Below are positions 38,565-52,200 of a DNA stretch of 64,000 nt, piece by piece. The notes under the pieces were generated by a model that was not told where the DNA came from, searched no databases, and saw only the letters and a program-made list of their open reading frames with translations. The first letter of the stretch is position 1; every line of letters starts with the position of its first letter. Source of the stretch: Antedon mediterranea (taxonomy: Eukaryota; Animalia; Echinodermata); assembly GCF_964355755.1 (NCBI RefSeq), contig NC_092676.1, positions 9,649,888-9,713,887 on the forward strand, in the 5' to 3' direction. The position numbers were made by a program, and so were the translations under genes.

Positions 38565-41560
38565 GCAATATTTGATATTGCTGCCGGGTCACAGCCTGTA
38601 CATGGGGCTTGTGGGGATCATAACATAGGGGGGTAAAAATGCATTTATTCATGTGAAGCGATACAAGGATAAACTTTTTTGGATATCATTTGCAGTGGGC
38701 TACTAATGATACATCACCAATGACAGCAACTTTATCCTGTACGGGGCGCCAAACAGCAACATTTTAGGGCCACGCCCAAATGGGTTTATTCATGTGAAGC
38801 GATACAAGGTTGAATCTTTTTTTAATGGCAGCAGTACATATTGGGGATGACAAAAACACCAATGACAGCAACTTTATCCTGTACATAAGCTCAGACAGCA
38901 GCCCTAAAGGTCCGCAGATTCCCCCTATTCGGCTATATTATTATTATACCTCGATTTGAATATTGTTTTAATTACACACTAGACACTAGTGATATGTCTA
39001 TATGAAAAAAGGCAACGAAATCTAAATTTGCAACATTTTTTTACATAACATAACATAATAGTAAAGTAAATAATAGTTCGAATTCAACATAATCACTTAG
39101 AGAATTGGTAAGGTATAGATTAGACTATCGATTGCACACTATTACTAAAAAAAAGTAACCGTTTTCATGTGAATTAGACTGATAAAAACCAACAAAAAAC
39201 TTAATCTGCCAACATTTTTAAACGTCGTTACTTGTCCATAATGGATCGACTACTGTATCGATTACTGCACATTGTTTTACTTTAACTGAACCAAAGTCAA
39301 ACTTTTAATTGTTACTATACTAACATTAGACAGTGATATCTGATAAAAGGCAACATTAATTAATATTAATAATACTGAACCAAATTAAATATCGTTACTT
39401 ATCCACAATGGATCGACTACTGTATTGATTATTGCACATTATTTTACTAACTAACATAAGAAAGTGATATCTGATAAAACGCAACAAACTGAATCGAATT
39501 AAATATCGTTACTGAACCATAATGGATCGACTACTGTATTGATTACTGCACATTATTTTACTATAACTGCCCAAGTCAAATTTAAAATTGTTACTGTACT
39601 AACATTAGACAGTGGTATCTGCAACATACTCAGGACCAAATTAAATATCGTTACTTATCCATAATAGATCGACTACTGTATCGATTATTGCACATTATTT
39701 TACTGCCCAACTGTCCAAGTCAAATTTAAAATTGTTACATTAATAACACTGGACCAAATTAAATATCGTTACTTATCTCCAACTGAACCCAGGTCGAATA
39801 TTTTGCATACCGACACACTGTAAAAGCACAATGAGCAAAGACAGCGAGTTTACTGGCTGTATGCATTAAATAACTAAATATTGTACATTCCTCATATTCC
39901 ATTACTAGCTGAACAGAATACACGATATAATAAAACCAATAGGGGCTATTGGATTTCTTTTTACATGATTTGTGACATCGTCATTTATAAATTTGATTAT
40001 AATCACACTGTAATGATACTGGATTCTGCTTGCCAACTATCTATGGATCAAATAGTTCAGTATTTACATTTGATATATTAAAGAATATTTACTTCAAAAC
40101 TGTCAAATGTTTTATGTAAACGATTAAAAACTGTCACTGTCTAATATTAGTACAGTAACAATTAAAAATTTGACTTTGTTTCAGTTTAAGTAAAACAATG
40201 TGCAGTAATCGATACAGTAGTCGATCCATTATGGACAAGTAACGATGTTTAAAATGTTGCCAGATTAATTTTTTGTTGGTTTTTATCAGTCTAATTAACA
40301 TGAAAACGGTTACTTTTTTTAATTTAAAATGAATTAAAAATACAGTAATAGTGTGCAATCGATAGTCTAATCTATACCTTACCAATTCTCTAAGTGATTA
40401 TGTTGAATTCGAACTATTATTTACTTTACTATTATGTTATGTTATGTAAAAAAATGTTGCAAATTTAGATTTCGTTGCCTTTTTTCATATAGACATATCA
40501 CTAGTGTCTAGTGTGTAATTAAAACAATATTCAAATCGAGTTATAATAATAATGCACAATAATCGGTACCCCGGTGTCGATCATTATGAGTGTAATTATT
40601 AATTAGTTTATCTGAAAAATATTCTTAAATTATATTATTTTATGTTGTGAAATAATGATTTTGATGTAATATTGATTGTTCAAAATGATACCCTAAAATA
40701 CAAATCTGCTGTTGGTTATTTTAAGTGTTTTTGTTGGTGTTATTTATTATTCCAAAGTAAAGATATATTTCAATTATAAAATAAAAGTCACTCGTTATCG
40801 TGAATGTGTTTGTATTATCAACATTGTTGATCACGAATGGAGCCTCTGGTATTTGAGCTGCTGTGTACCGGAAAAAAGGGGAAAAAAAACATTTTTTCAA
40901 AAATGATTACACACTTCATGGATAAACCCATTTTGGGCGAGTTCCTAAGAGTTTGATGTTTAATGATTTGGTACAGCAAACAACTGCTCTCCTTATTTAT
41001 TGTTTTAGCATTCTACTGTGTATTTATTGTCAGTCCGAGTCCGTATCACGTATTTCTAACTCAGCTGAACGCCATTAGACGACATACGCGCCGAGTATAT
41101 AGCCCAATAGGGGGAAATTGCGGACCTTTAGGGCTGCTGTCTGAGCTTATGTACAGGATAAAGTTGCTGTCATTGGTGTTTTTGTCATCCCCAATATATA
41201 CTGCTGCCATTAAAAAAAGATTCAACCTTGTATCGCTTCACATGAATAAACCCATTTGGGCGTGGCCCTAAAATGTTGCTGTTTGGCGCCCCGTACAGGA
41301 TAAAGTTGCTGTCATTGGTGATGTAATCATTAGTAGCCCACTGCGAATGATATCCAAAAAAGTTTATCCTTGTATCGCTTAACATAAATAAATGCATTTT
41401 TACCCCCCTATGTTATGATCCCCACAGGCCCTATGTACAGGCTGTGACCCGGCAGCAATGTCGAATATTGCATCTCGCCCTAATACGCACCTAACTACAT
41501 CATCAAACCTTTTGTATCTTTTCACATGAATAAATCTTCCGGGCGCCCGGTCTATATGGT
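38565..41560. mobile_element. Long-TIR foldback-type DNA element (left end truncated) with an internal second inverted repeat
   Basis: Outer arms ~38565-38935 and ~41096-41472 carry repeated TTTATTCATGTGAAGCGATACAAGG motifs. Inner arms lie at ~38938-39335 and ~40133-40552, with imperfect tandem repeats at 39230-39780. Confidence 0.75.
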
Positions 41561-41790
41561 TGAATTGAAATGGCAACTTCATGTTCTTTTCGTCTCTTGT
41601 ATCCACTCCATATAAGCTGCCAGCCTTTTATTGACTCATCGTCAAACTCTAAAATACCGTTTCCTAGTCTTCTAGCCTTTTGTAGAGCAAGGACATCAAT
41701 ATTTAAATTATCTGCTGACTTAATAACAGCTGCTAGTACAAAAATCATCTTGCAGCGTTCTGATGTTTAATGTCGCAATTCGTGTTTGAT
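41561..41790 (-). mobile_element. RTE-like LINE APE endonuclease N-terminus (continues at 38564 after the foldback insertion and a deletion)
   Basis: RIATLNIRTL...NIDVLALQKARRLGNG...WQLIWSG...HEVAI. Confidence 0.75.
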
Positions 41791-42170
41791 GTATGGATTT
41801 TTCAGTACGCTCATTAACATGAGAGTTAATTTCACTCTTAAATTTGGATCTGACTAATATATCACGAAGGTTGGGAGGTCTACGAAATGCAATAATGGGT
41901 GGTTCCGGAAAAACAGTCTTAAGACGTTCTGTGGACTGTAGAATGGGCATATGTTTCTCAAAAAAAAAAGCGAAAAGCTAAATCAAAACGATAAATTAAA
42001 ACAGCCAGAAAAGTTAGCAGAGCTTTCGGGCAACACTAGCCCTTCATCAGTGCAAGTGAAGGAATTTGGATAACGTCAGAGTATAAGAACTGGCAAGTGC
42101 TGCCTGAGTGGACAGGAATAATTTGGTAAAGTTATCCAAAGTACCCTCCAGGATTACAGCAAAATCAGAT
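41791..42170 (-). mobile_element. Penelope-like fragment: pLTR with hammerhead followed by 5'-truncated RT C-terminal segment
   Basis: PILQSTERLKTVFPEPPIIAFRRPPNLRDILVRSKF is the typical PLE RT-to-GIY-YIG linker; a hammerhead motif lies upstream. Confidence 0.75.
42017..42053 (-). ncRNA. Minimal hammerhead ribozyme (Penelope type), canonical core
   Basis: GCA-CTGATGA-A-GGGC-TAGTGTT-GCCC-GAA-AGCT-C-TGC. Confidence 0.75.
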
Positions 42171-43201
42171 CAAAATTGATACAAACAGTAGAAAATAGAT
42201 ATTTATTCATTTCTTTCTATTGAATCTTTGTAACGCACTACATAGGTCTAGGTCTACTAATTTCCAAATGTCCAGTTAAATTTTAGTTAGAGTAAAATAA
42301 TTAAAGTAAATTATAATGAAAAGTAAATATTATACAACGTTTATACATTAAATTATAGGATTATAATTATACGTTTTTATACTAGTACGTTAATATGGAT
42401 GAAAGCCTCATATGATTGTTTGTGCTCACTTAATGTAATTGAAGATAACAACACTTCCTTTTTTATTGTGCTGCATACAATGACATTGGAGAAACACAAA
42501 TGCAAAAGTTAAAACATTAGTTGATTTTAAATGGTGAAGAACAGTAAAATAGTTTCTTTTTATAAATACTGTAACAAATGTAATGTAAGGCATGGAATAG
42601 GAAATCTCTCCTAAAAGACTTTATTTATAAATGTTGTTTTGTGCTATAGTATGTTAGAACTTATTGCACAGTATAAACGTTGACTTTAACTCTATTTCCT
42701 AACATACAACGCGCGCAAGCTCAGCCCAATTTGTAAACAAATCTATCTGCGCGTGCGCAAGTATCTCGAAAGACTTTAGTTACGTGTGCGTCGAAAACCT
42801 TATTTCTGAAAAATAGCGTAAATGAAAACGTTATTTAAAAAAGAGGCCTAATTGAAACTCTTGCACAATAATACACAATCGTTGCTTTTGGATCTGGTAA
42901 TTATTATTTGTTGGCCTACTTGCAGAACATTATCAAGGACATTGCTTAGAAATTATATATACAGTACTTAATAATAATGCATCCGGCTAATATTAGTCAC
43001 CCGATTCTCATACAATACCGGAACTTCCTAGTCTCCAACCATTACAGGTCCATGTCCAACTATGTACTTTGAGTGATATCCGTGGTATGGATGGCCTGTT
43101 GATGTCGCTTGACACGGAATAGTCCACAGTTTATTTTCGAAAGAAATTGTACCGTACAAGAATCGTCTGCAAAAGTAGTCTCTTACATTGTCGACTGCAT
43201 G

Positions 43202-46200
43202 CTAGATTTTGAAAGCATGTAGAAAGAAAATTGTGTACAGATACGGGTTGATTGAAGAATTAATAGGGATGATCAAACTTGCTGTCCAAACATATATTTC
43301 ATCAGCAATCCTCCAAGTCTCTGTTTCTGAACAAATCCCCATTAGTACGATGGGAAACCAGCAACAAAAATTAGTGAAAACGATCAAAGCACATTTTCTA
43401 GCCCTTCTAATTTGTTCTTCTCTTCTTTTTCTGCTTGTGATAGTGGCTCCTACCCTCTTAACAGAGAAGAAAATGGTAAGGTAACTTACTGCGATAACAA
43501 TAAAGCCTAAACCATTAAATGCAATATAAATACCAATTGCATACTCCCAGCCTGGCCATCGACTTCTTGTTAGCGGTAATGCGAGACAAACACTCTCTTT
43601 CCCATAATAATTCTCACCAAAATACGATATATTGACGAAGCTTAGTCTATTTAGTACTGGAAGAAAACTGAGAACAATCCAAACCAGCCAACCAATTCCG
43701 ATAATGATTCTACATTTTGTGCGGTTGAGGCGTTTTGTAGTGAAAGGATTTGTGATGTTTACAGCGCGATCGATGCTCAATATCATCAGTGTAAACACTG
43801 AACATTCACCAGAGAGAGTAGAAATAGCTCCAGCAAAACTACACAGAAAGCTATTTTTCCAAACTCTTGCAACTTCAGAATATCGTCCTCTGTAATGTAT
43901 ATTCACACTCGCAATGATTAATAAATATACTGCCATCAGCAGGTCAGACACTGCAAGATTAGAGATAAGTATGTTTTGTACTTTATTGAACTCATTTTTA
44001 CTATTATCTTCTTTAAACCGCCGTGCAACAACCATTACATTTCCGATGACAGATAATATTCCAATAACCAACATTAAGATGCCTAGAACTTCATTTTTTA
44101 GTAAGTCTTCACATGAAGCAAAGGCATTGGTTGGTTCGCAGATTTCAATCTTACCCACAAGGCAACAGAGATGAAAAATATCTGAATAGCTGTGAAAGAT
44201 TCATAAACAAATAAGATTTAAAAGTGTTCACAATACTAATATTTACTATTCATAGAAGATATATCACCTTACAATACATAATTATATGTATATATGTATT
44301 ACTATTAGTATTTATTTTATGTACGTATTTGTTTTCAACATTAGTATGTAAACTGCCTTTATACTGTAACTTTCTATTCTGAATCACTTTACATTTTAGG
44401 AATTGTCCAACTGTTACATTAAAAGCAAAAACAGTATGGCAGCCTATTGTCATCAAGCTACTTACAGTTTCTTTAACGTTATTAATTCTTCAAAAGTCTT
44501 TTCTCTGTAATACTGTAAACTGTTGCCTTTTATGCTCCTAAAACCGAAATAAAACATAGTAAAAGTTAGACTAATTGCAAATTGCTCCTTGATATACTAT
44601 CAATAAACAAAGAGCGTTGTTTGAAAGTTAAAAGAAAATGATTTTTGTTAGGAAAACGAAAATTCTCATAAAAAAATATTCTTTTAATTTGTAAGAACCG
44701 ATTTAAGTAAAAAATAAAAAATAATGGACAAATGAGAGAGAAGGACTTGCATCGGCCTCGTCTGAAATGTAAAATATCTCTTGCCGACATCGCATACTTT
44801 TCCATAAGATAAACAACGCCTATTTATCTGCGCATGCGCCGTAAAGTTTACTGTTAAGAACAGAAATCGCAGTTTGAGAGTTTGATTATACCGGTGATTG
44901 GCTGAGGTAGATGACATAACCGCAAGCCAATCACCAGGCACAAATAACAAACTCATAGCCTATTCATCTATTTAAAATCAAAATTAGTGCATTACACATG
45001 ACTGACATGAAAAGGAAAGCATGATCAAAACATTATCTACAGTATTATAGTATATAGTAACTTTTAGCTTTAGGAGTTTTTGCAGAAAAATATGAATAAT
45101 TTAACAAAAATTATACATATATTTTGATAATATTCTAAAACACTTGAAAACTACAGTCTTCATGAAATTTTCGTGGTCCAATTTTGGGAAAATAAAGATC
45201 AATTGTTCAGCAACATATTTATGTTATATCAATCTGCTACACATTTAAATAGAGCCATCAAACTGTGCATACGATTGATACATAGGTAGGCCTACATTTC
45301 GTTATTGACGTTATTACAATATTTTCAGTTAAATCACAATTTCATATAGAGGGTCACAGCAAGAAACATTGAGTTTTGTAAAGAGACTGTTTATTTATTT
45401 TTCATCTTACCACGCTAATTGCAAGTCCTCACTTTCAATTGACCATGGATGTAACCAGGGAAGAGTGAAATTCCATTCTTCCCTTGTTGTAACCATAAAT
45501 CTAATTTACAGGTTTATGGTTGTAATAGGAATTGAAACTTACAAAATTAAAAGTGACGAAGCAAAAGGAGAAAATGCGTTCCGATCCATGCTAGTTATAC
45601 CATTGTCATCTAAATTCCTGTTAACAGATTTATAGTAATAATTATGATTCCACGTACAAAATTTAATAAAAAGACTTACTGTGGCCTAATAGTTAAGCAT
45701 AATTTTCTAAATATGTTGTATATTGGCATTTTCAATATTTGGAATGATTAAACAATTTAGTGTAGGCTAATGCATGCAATAACCGGTTAAAATGGAATTG
45801 AATTCTATTGTAAATAGCAAGCTTATTTCTTTGACATCTGCTAATGAAACATGTATTCCCTTTCTAAGGCCTTATAATGTATAACATTTTAGAAGTTTAT
45901 ATAGTTGGAAGTATAGAATTTGAATTAAACATCAATAAATGATAGTGAATAAAGCAGTCAATAGAATATTTTCTTTTTCGGACATTAAAGTGATAAAGCT
46001 ATCGTATGTTTTGACATCCATGGTTTACACAAGTTAAATCAATGATTATAATAAAATTGTATAGCAGTATTAAGTAAAGTTTTGTAACGGTAACGGTACA
46101 AAGAAGAATTACAAATAATATAAAATATTTATCATCAATTGGTAGTGTTATTGCTCGTACGTGATACGTGCGTTAGTGCGTATAAATAACTGTCTCAGAT

Positions 46201-49200
46201 TATGTGAATGTTAATAAACTACAGTCAAAATCTTACAGTTCTTCTAATACATTCAAACCAGAAAACACATTGCCTGATAATGTCTTCATTTCGTTTCTAC
46301 TTAAGTCCCTTCAAAGTAAAAACAACGTACATGTGGTTTTAATATTATGCTAGAACATGACATTTATTTTATGAGATTGTCTAAATAACAGTAAATAAAT
46401 GAATATGTAACAGAAACATACGTACAGTTGTTTTAATCGTGTCAATTCAGAAAACATACTGTTTGACCAACTTTGGTGAAAAGGTTCGGCCTCCGGCTCC
46501 CGATATTTTAATTTACATATGTCCCTTAAAAATCACCAAAACAGTGTTTGACAAAGAATAAAATATTAAAAAAAAAATAAAACTCGCCATATTACTGAAC
46601 TTAAAGTTAAATAAATAAACTTATGTCTGGAAAATTCAGATAAAAAGTGCTAACTCCCTGAAGAGCCACTCATAATATAGGTGACTATCTCTCGTAAGCT
46701 GACGTTTCCATGAAGTTGGATGTACAGCAATTGTATTTATATTATGAAATAATTCTTTAAACATTTATTAATATCAGATTGTGTAAACGATCGTATTTCA
46801 GAAACATAATTACTGTTTTTCCGATGAGGAATTAAACTGACGGTGTAATTGTTCGGTTATTTTTATGTTAAGTTACTCTTTAAAGTTAAAAAATACACAG
46901 TATCGTTAAAGTGATTCTAATGTAATTTTCACCCACTTCATTCTTTCACTTTGTTAGTTGTGAGATTGGATAAATGACGGTTAGTAAATGTTACAGAAAA
47001 CACTTCTATTTTTAATTCACTTACGCTAGTACCACTCAAATTCTTTCAAAGTAAAAAAGAAACTACATGAAGTAACAAGTGACTTTAAAATACTTGTTAT
47101 TTTAGGACATACATTATACAACTCATTAATGACAGGTGTCAGTAAGAATACATAAAAATACTTACGGTGTTTGCGATTTTGTCAAATTACTAATTAAATT
47201 GGCTGGCTGAAGGGTTTGCCTTTAAAAAAACAGGAAACATGAATTTAACGGTCTTTGGTCCACACCATCATCACTGCCTTTCCCTAACCTACCCACTCCT
47301 CGATATGTCGTTTGCATTAGATCCACAGGTAAGTTCTCAACTCGTTATATTACTTTACAGTCGCATGTGATAAATGTCTGAGTGCGTAAACGTTGGTAAA
47401 TGTTACAGAAAAATACTTACGCTTCTAATTTACTGACGCGATTACCACTCAAATTCCTTCAAAGTAAAAAGAGAGTGCATAGTAACAAGGCATGTCTTTA
47501 CAATACTGGACAAATTGCACACTATACGTAATACGTAACTATAAGATGTCAGTAATAATACAGAAAAATACTTACAGTGTTTTCAATGCTTTCAAATCAT
47601 CAAATACATTGTCTGGCAATATATGTATTTGGTTATCACTCAAATCTCTTCAAAGTAAAAAGAAAAAATGCACAGTGAGATTAGATAGTTTTAAAATAGT
47701 TGTTATTTATGAAAATTATTAAATTACATTACAGTAAGTATAAAGCTAACACGATGATGATGATGGTGATGATGACGATGATGATAATGATGATCAAAAT
47801 AAAGATCGAAACGTTGCATCATGACTTCCCTCTTGGAGTAAGTTTTACACTATGTTATGTAAACATAATCATTCCATCAGTCTATTGGTTTAAGAATTTA
47901 ATGTTCAATGAGGTTGTATAAAAATCATTAAAAAAAATATGTTACAGAACAATATTTACAACTCTTCTAATGATGCCAATCCAGTAAAAGCATTTTCTGG
48001 CAAGCTATGTATTTTGTTAGATTTGAGAACCCTTCAAAGTAAAAACAAATGACTGTTATTATTTTTATGATTTGAATTGGTTTTTTTTCTATTGTCACTA
48101 CAGGCTTATGTTATCTCATCGTTTACGAAAGCGCTGGGATAGTTGACCAATTTGAGATATTTTGTTATTGATTACGAACACTCGTAAATCGTAACTGTAT
48201 TTCGTAATGGTGGAAATTTTATTTAAAACATACCATAATTTCTCTGACCTAATAATTATAGCCGTAGACGGCTACGGTATTTAATAATTCCACAAAAATT
48301 GTTAACAACATTATACCTACAAGCGTTGTATTTGACACTGCTCGTTGTACTCGGCCAATTCTTGCAGGTTAGAGCAAATAATATATGTTTGGTTAGCAGT
48401 AGTCCTACACGTGACTGTACCATCGTCACAATCACAACCGTCTGGGCAATTTGCTTTATGTGAAAACAACAATATAATAGATATCAACTCAAACAATGAA
48501 TGATACAGAAGGTTAATTTCAATGAAAACAATTTACACAGCAATTGGTAGAATATTTTTGTTTTAATAGTTTTGTTCATATTTATGAGGAAATAGAGAAA
48601 ATAATTGCATGATGTGAAAGATGGGCGGAATGAAAATATGACATTTAATCTTTTACAAATGGAAAAAAGAATTATGAGTTTTACTTTTAAGATAAACAAT
48701 TGAAAGAGGGCTTAATCCCTAAAAGAACAAGGCAATATAGATGGCTGCAGTCGCGTGCTCATTAGTGTTTACCGACCGATCGTCCAACCTACAAACTGAC
48801 CAAAATTATTGAACATGTATAAAAATGTTGAAATGTTTAAAAACATTTATATTTTTTTAATTTACACGTGCGTAGCCTGTCACTTTTGACGTGACGTATA
48901 ACATAATTTCGAGTTGAAAATAAATCAAGAAAACAGTACAGAAATCGGGCAAAAAGAGTGCGCAATAACATTTAACGCGCAGTGCGCGCGCAAAATTCTG
49001 CGCACTCATGGCAATTTTGTAAACGCTTAAAATTGCCTGAAACGTACTCTTATTTCATCGAAAATAAATTTTGAAAATGTTAAGCGCGCGTACGCATGCG
49101 TTACATGCGCTACGCACGTAATTGTATTGCCATATGATGATTTATGCCCTGAAATGTATGAGTACCAAATTTTATTTAATTGTGATTCATGGTTGTGAAG

Positions 49201-52200
49201 ATATGATTACAAACGTGATTTCGTTAAATCGTGCGTACATCGCGTAATTTTTTATTGCGCACCGTGAAAACGTAACCACATCGATTCCTGGCCATAAGGG
49301 AATATACTGTGAAAAATTGACTTAGCTAAATTAAACTGATATCAAGATAAGGTCAGAAAGCGATAAAACGCATAGTGATAACCGACCGACCGACCGACAT
49401 AGTGAACTATAGAGTCGCGTCCACGCGACTAAAAATCTTGAGTCGGGTAAGTAAACCAAATAAAAATACAGGAGGAGGGAGACAACTGAGAAACAAGTTC
49501 CTATTACTTAAACGGTTTTAACTGTTACTTGATGACGCTAGAGGGTGAGCTCGCTTCGCTCGCTCCACCTCTAGGACGTGTATACGATTGTTTATTATTT
49601 TATTTTTTAAAATTAAAAACTTGGACGTTTTCTGTCGGTTACCATTATTGAAATGCTTGATATTCGTAAAACTAAACCTACTCTGTTTCACAATGTCTTA
49701 GATGATTAATAACATTTTAAAGTATAGTGTTTATTGTTTGGTATGGCCCTTGTTATGCGGTGTAAAACTAAACCTACTCTGTTTCACAGTGTCTTAGATG
49801 ATTAATAACATTTTAAAGTATAGTGTTTATTGTTTGGTATGGCCTTTGTAGGGTCATTTGAGGGAGGTGCTTATTCGAAGGATACGTTTAATTTTTTAGT
49901 TTTAATAATATGGTAACATTTAAAATCCTCTAATAGATATAAAAAGTGGTAAAAAGACGCTTGGTAAATTGTAGATAACAGTCCGATGAATTCTAATACA
50001 AATAGTATAATTGTGTGATGTTTTATTGGGAAGGTGTTCGGCGTTTATCCAAATAAATAAAATCCTAATTGGTATAATTAATACATTATTTAGTTTGAAC
50101 ATCTTGTGAAACTAACTTCTGCGACAGAGTGGGCCGTTTCGGCCTAAGAAAGAAGACATTGTAACATGGGCAGAAGTATCTCAGGGTCCTAACGGGACAC
50201 AGAGAGCCCACAGTTATTTCTGCCAGCTTACTCAATAACTCGGCTATCAGGGTTTCACTCGATTTCAAACAAAAGGTCTTATCATCAGTTCTCCCTATGT
50301 AATTTTATATACTATTCCCCACAATATACTCTGATGCGTTATGGCATATATTTAATTTAATCTTTATTAATTTTCAGTATAATTTTTATTTTGCTACTGC
50401 ACCTTCACACGGGCGGTCCGAAAATAAACAAAAAACTAAAATGACTATCGCCAACAACGAACAACTTAGTTGAAACCAGGAAGTTGCAAGGTGAACCCGT
50501 GGACTCGCCGTGAACCCGGAAATTATGGAGAAAAAAAACGCTAGCGGGCACAGTTGAAAATCTACCGATGAAATCAGAAATTTTGTTTCAAAACCCTTTA
50601 TAATAGGCTAGTCAATCTATTAAAAAAACAGCCCAAAGTAAAACAAATTGCAAACAGAGATTTTTCTTTTTGGTCATAAATGATGAAGAGATTAAAATTT
50701 GAGCATCACACCTCTGTCACTCATCCCGATGATATGCAAATTAGCTTAAATATGCAAATTAGGGTGAAATGACAGGGTTACCATATCTCAAAAACTACTA
50801 GTCCGAGAGAGATGATTTCTTCACTGATTTATTCAAAATGTATATATTTATATTTACTCTAATGAAACATTTAAAAAATGACCGGAAGTACAACATTTGA
50901 CCTTCGACCCCATTTCTCAATGTTTGCATATACACAATGTGACTAAAATGTCTGTAGAGACTTTATTTTGCCCTCAAATGACCCAGACATAGGTTCGTAA
51001 TAGCCAGCATAGGACCACTTTGTAATTCCCAAAATCACACCTTTGTCACACACCTCGAAAGTATGCAAATTAGTAGTACAATGTCAATAAAATATGCAAA
51101 TAATGGGGTAAAATTACAGTTGTACTATATCTCGAAAATATCCGAGTCATTTTGAGGCCAAAACAAAGTCTGTACATACATTTTAGTTGCATTATATGCA
51201 AATTTTGAGAAATAAGGTAGAGAGTCAAATGTCATACTTCCGTTCATTTTTTGTAAAATGTTTCATTGAAGCAAATATAAATATGTACATTCTGAATACG
51301 GCTGTGAAAAAATCAACTCTCTTGCATTAATTGTTTTCGAGATATGGGAAGACTGTAATTTCACCCCCTTATTTGCATATTTCATGTAATTTGTACTACT
51401 AATTAGCATAATTTTGAGATTGACTGTCGTGATTGTGATGATGAATTGGCGTAATTTTGAGAATATATGAATCTCTTGAGCAAAGAAATAGCTAAATTGC
51501 CTCAACACACTCCCACTGGGACATGAATACCACTGATTTCGCATCGTGATATTCTACAAAACACTTGATTTTCATGTTCCCACCTAAATATCTATTTGGA
51601 TAGTAGCTCAAAATAAACTGTAGACAATACTGAACATTATGATATATGTTTGAATTTGTAAAGTTACAAAAAGTATGTGTCATTTTACGTTTTAAAACTC
51701 ACCATCCATTGCCCGCTGACAGTGTGAGGTCAATTTTTTACCTATTTTCTAAAGCCCCATAGTGTTTTATTTGCAATTTAAGATCACTTGTAAGTCATAA
51801 ATCATTTTGGATAGTTTCTTAAAAGAAAGCTGAATATTCATAGATTCCTTACATACTTTTCTTATGAGCATTGGCTTAAAATAGACTGTGTCAAAATAGC
51901 AAAATCTATTTCAAAAAAATAAAAAAAATCCTCAAAAAGGAGGCGGCAAAATTCAAATAGGGTTTGCCTGTGTTATCAAGCCTTCACTTGACAGAACGTT
52001 GGATTGTAACTAAGTTGTAAGTAGCATTTTAATTTTTATATCATATCTAATGTTTGATATATAAGGAACAATTATTAGGTGTTATTTAGTTCCATATGTC
52101 GTTTTTTATATTCACAATTTCCAAATTAAGATACCTATGTTTGAGTGTTAGCGAGCTGAAATCTACCATTTTTCACTCGGGTAATGGTTATGATTATCTT

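Noticed and set aside
43209-44174. Plus-strand ORFs 43209-43484, 43632-43895 and 43914-44174
   Set aside because: Antisense shadows of the GPCR 7TM exon.
49667-49844. ~96-bp-period tandem duplication in the GPCR first intron
   Set aside because: Simple local duplication with no splice or coding signal.
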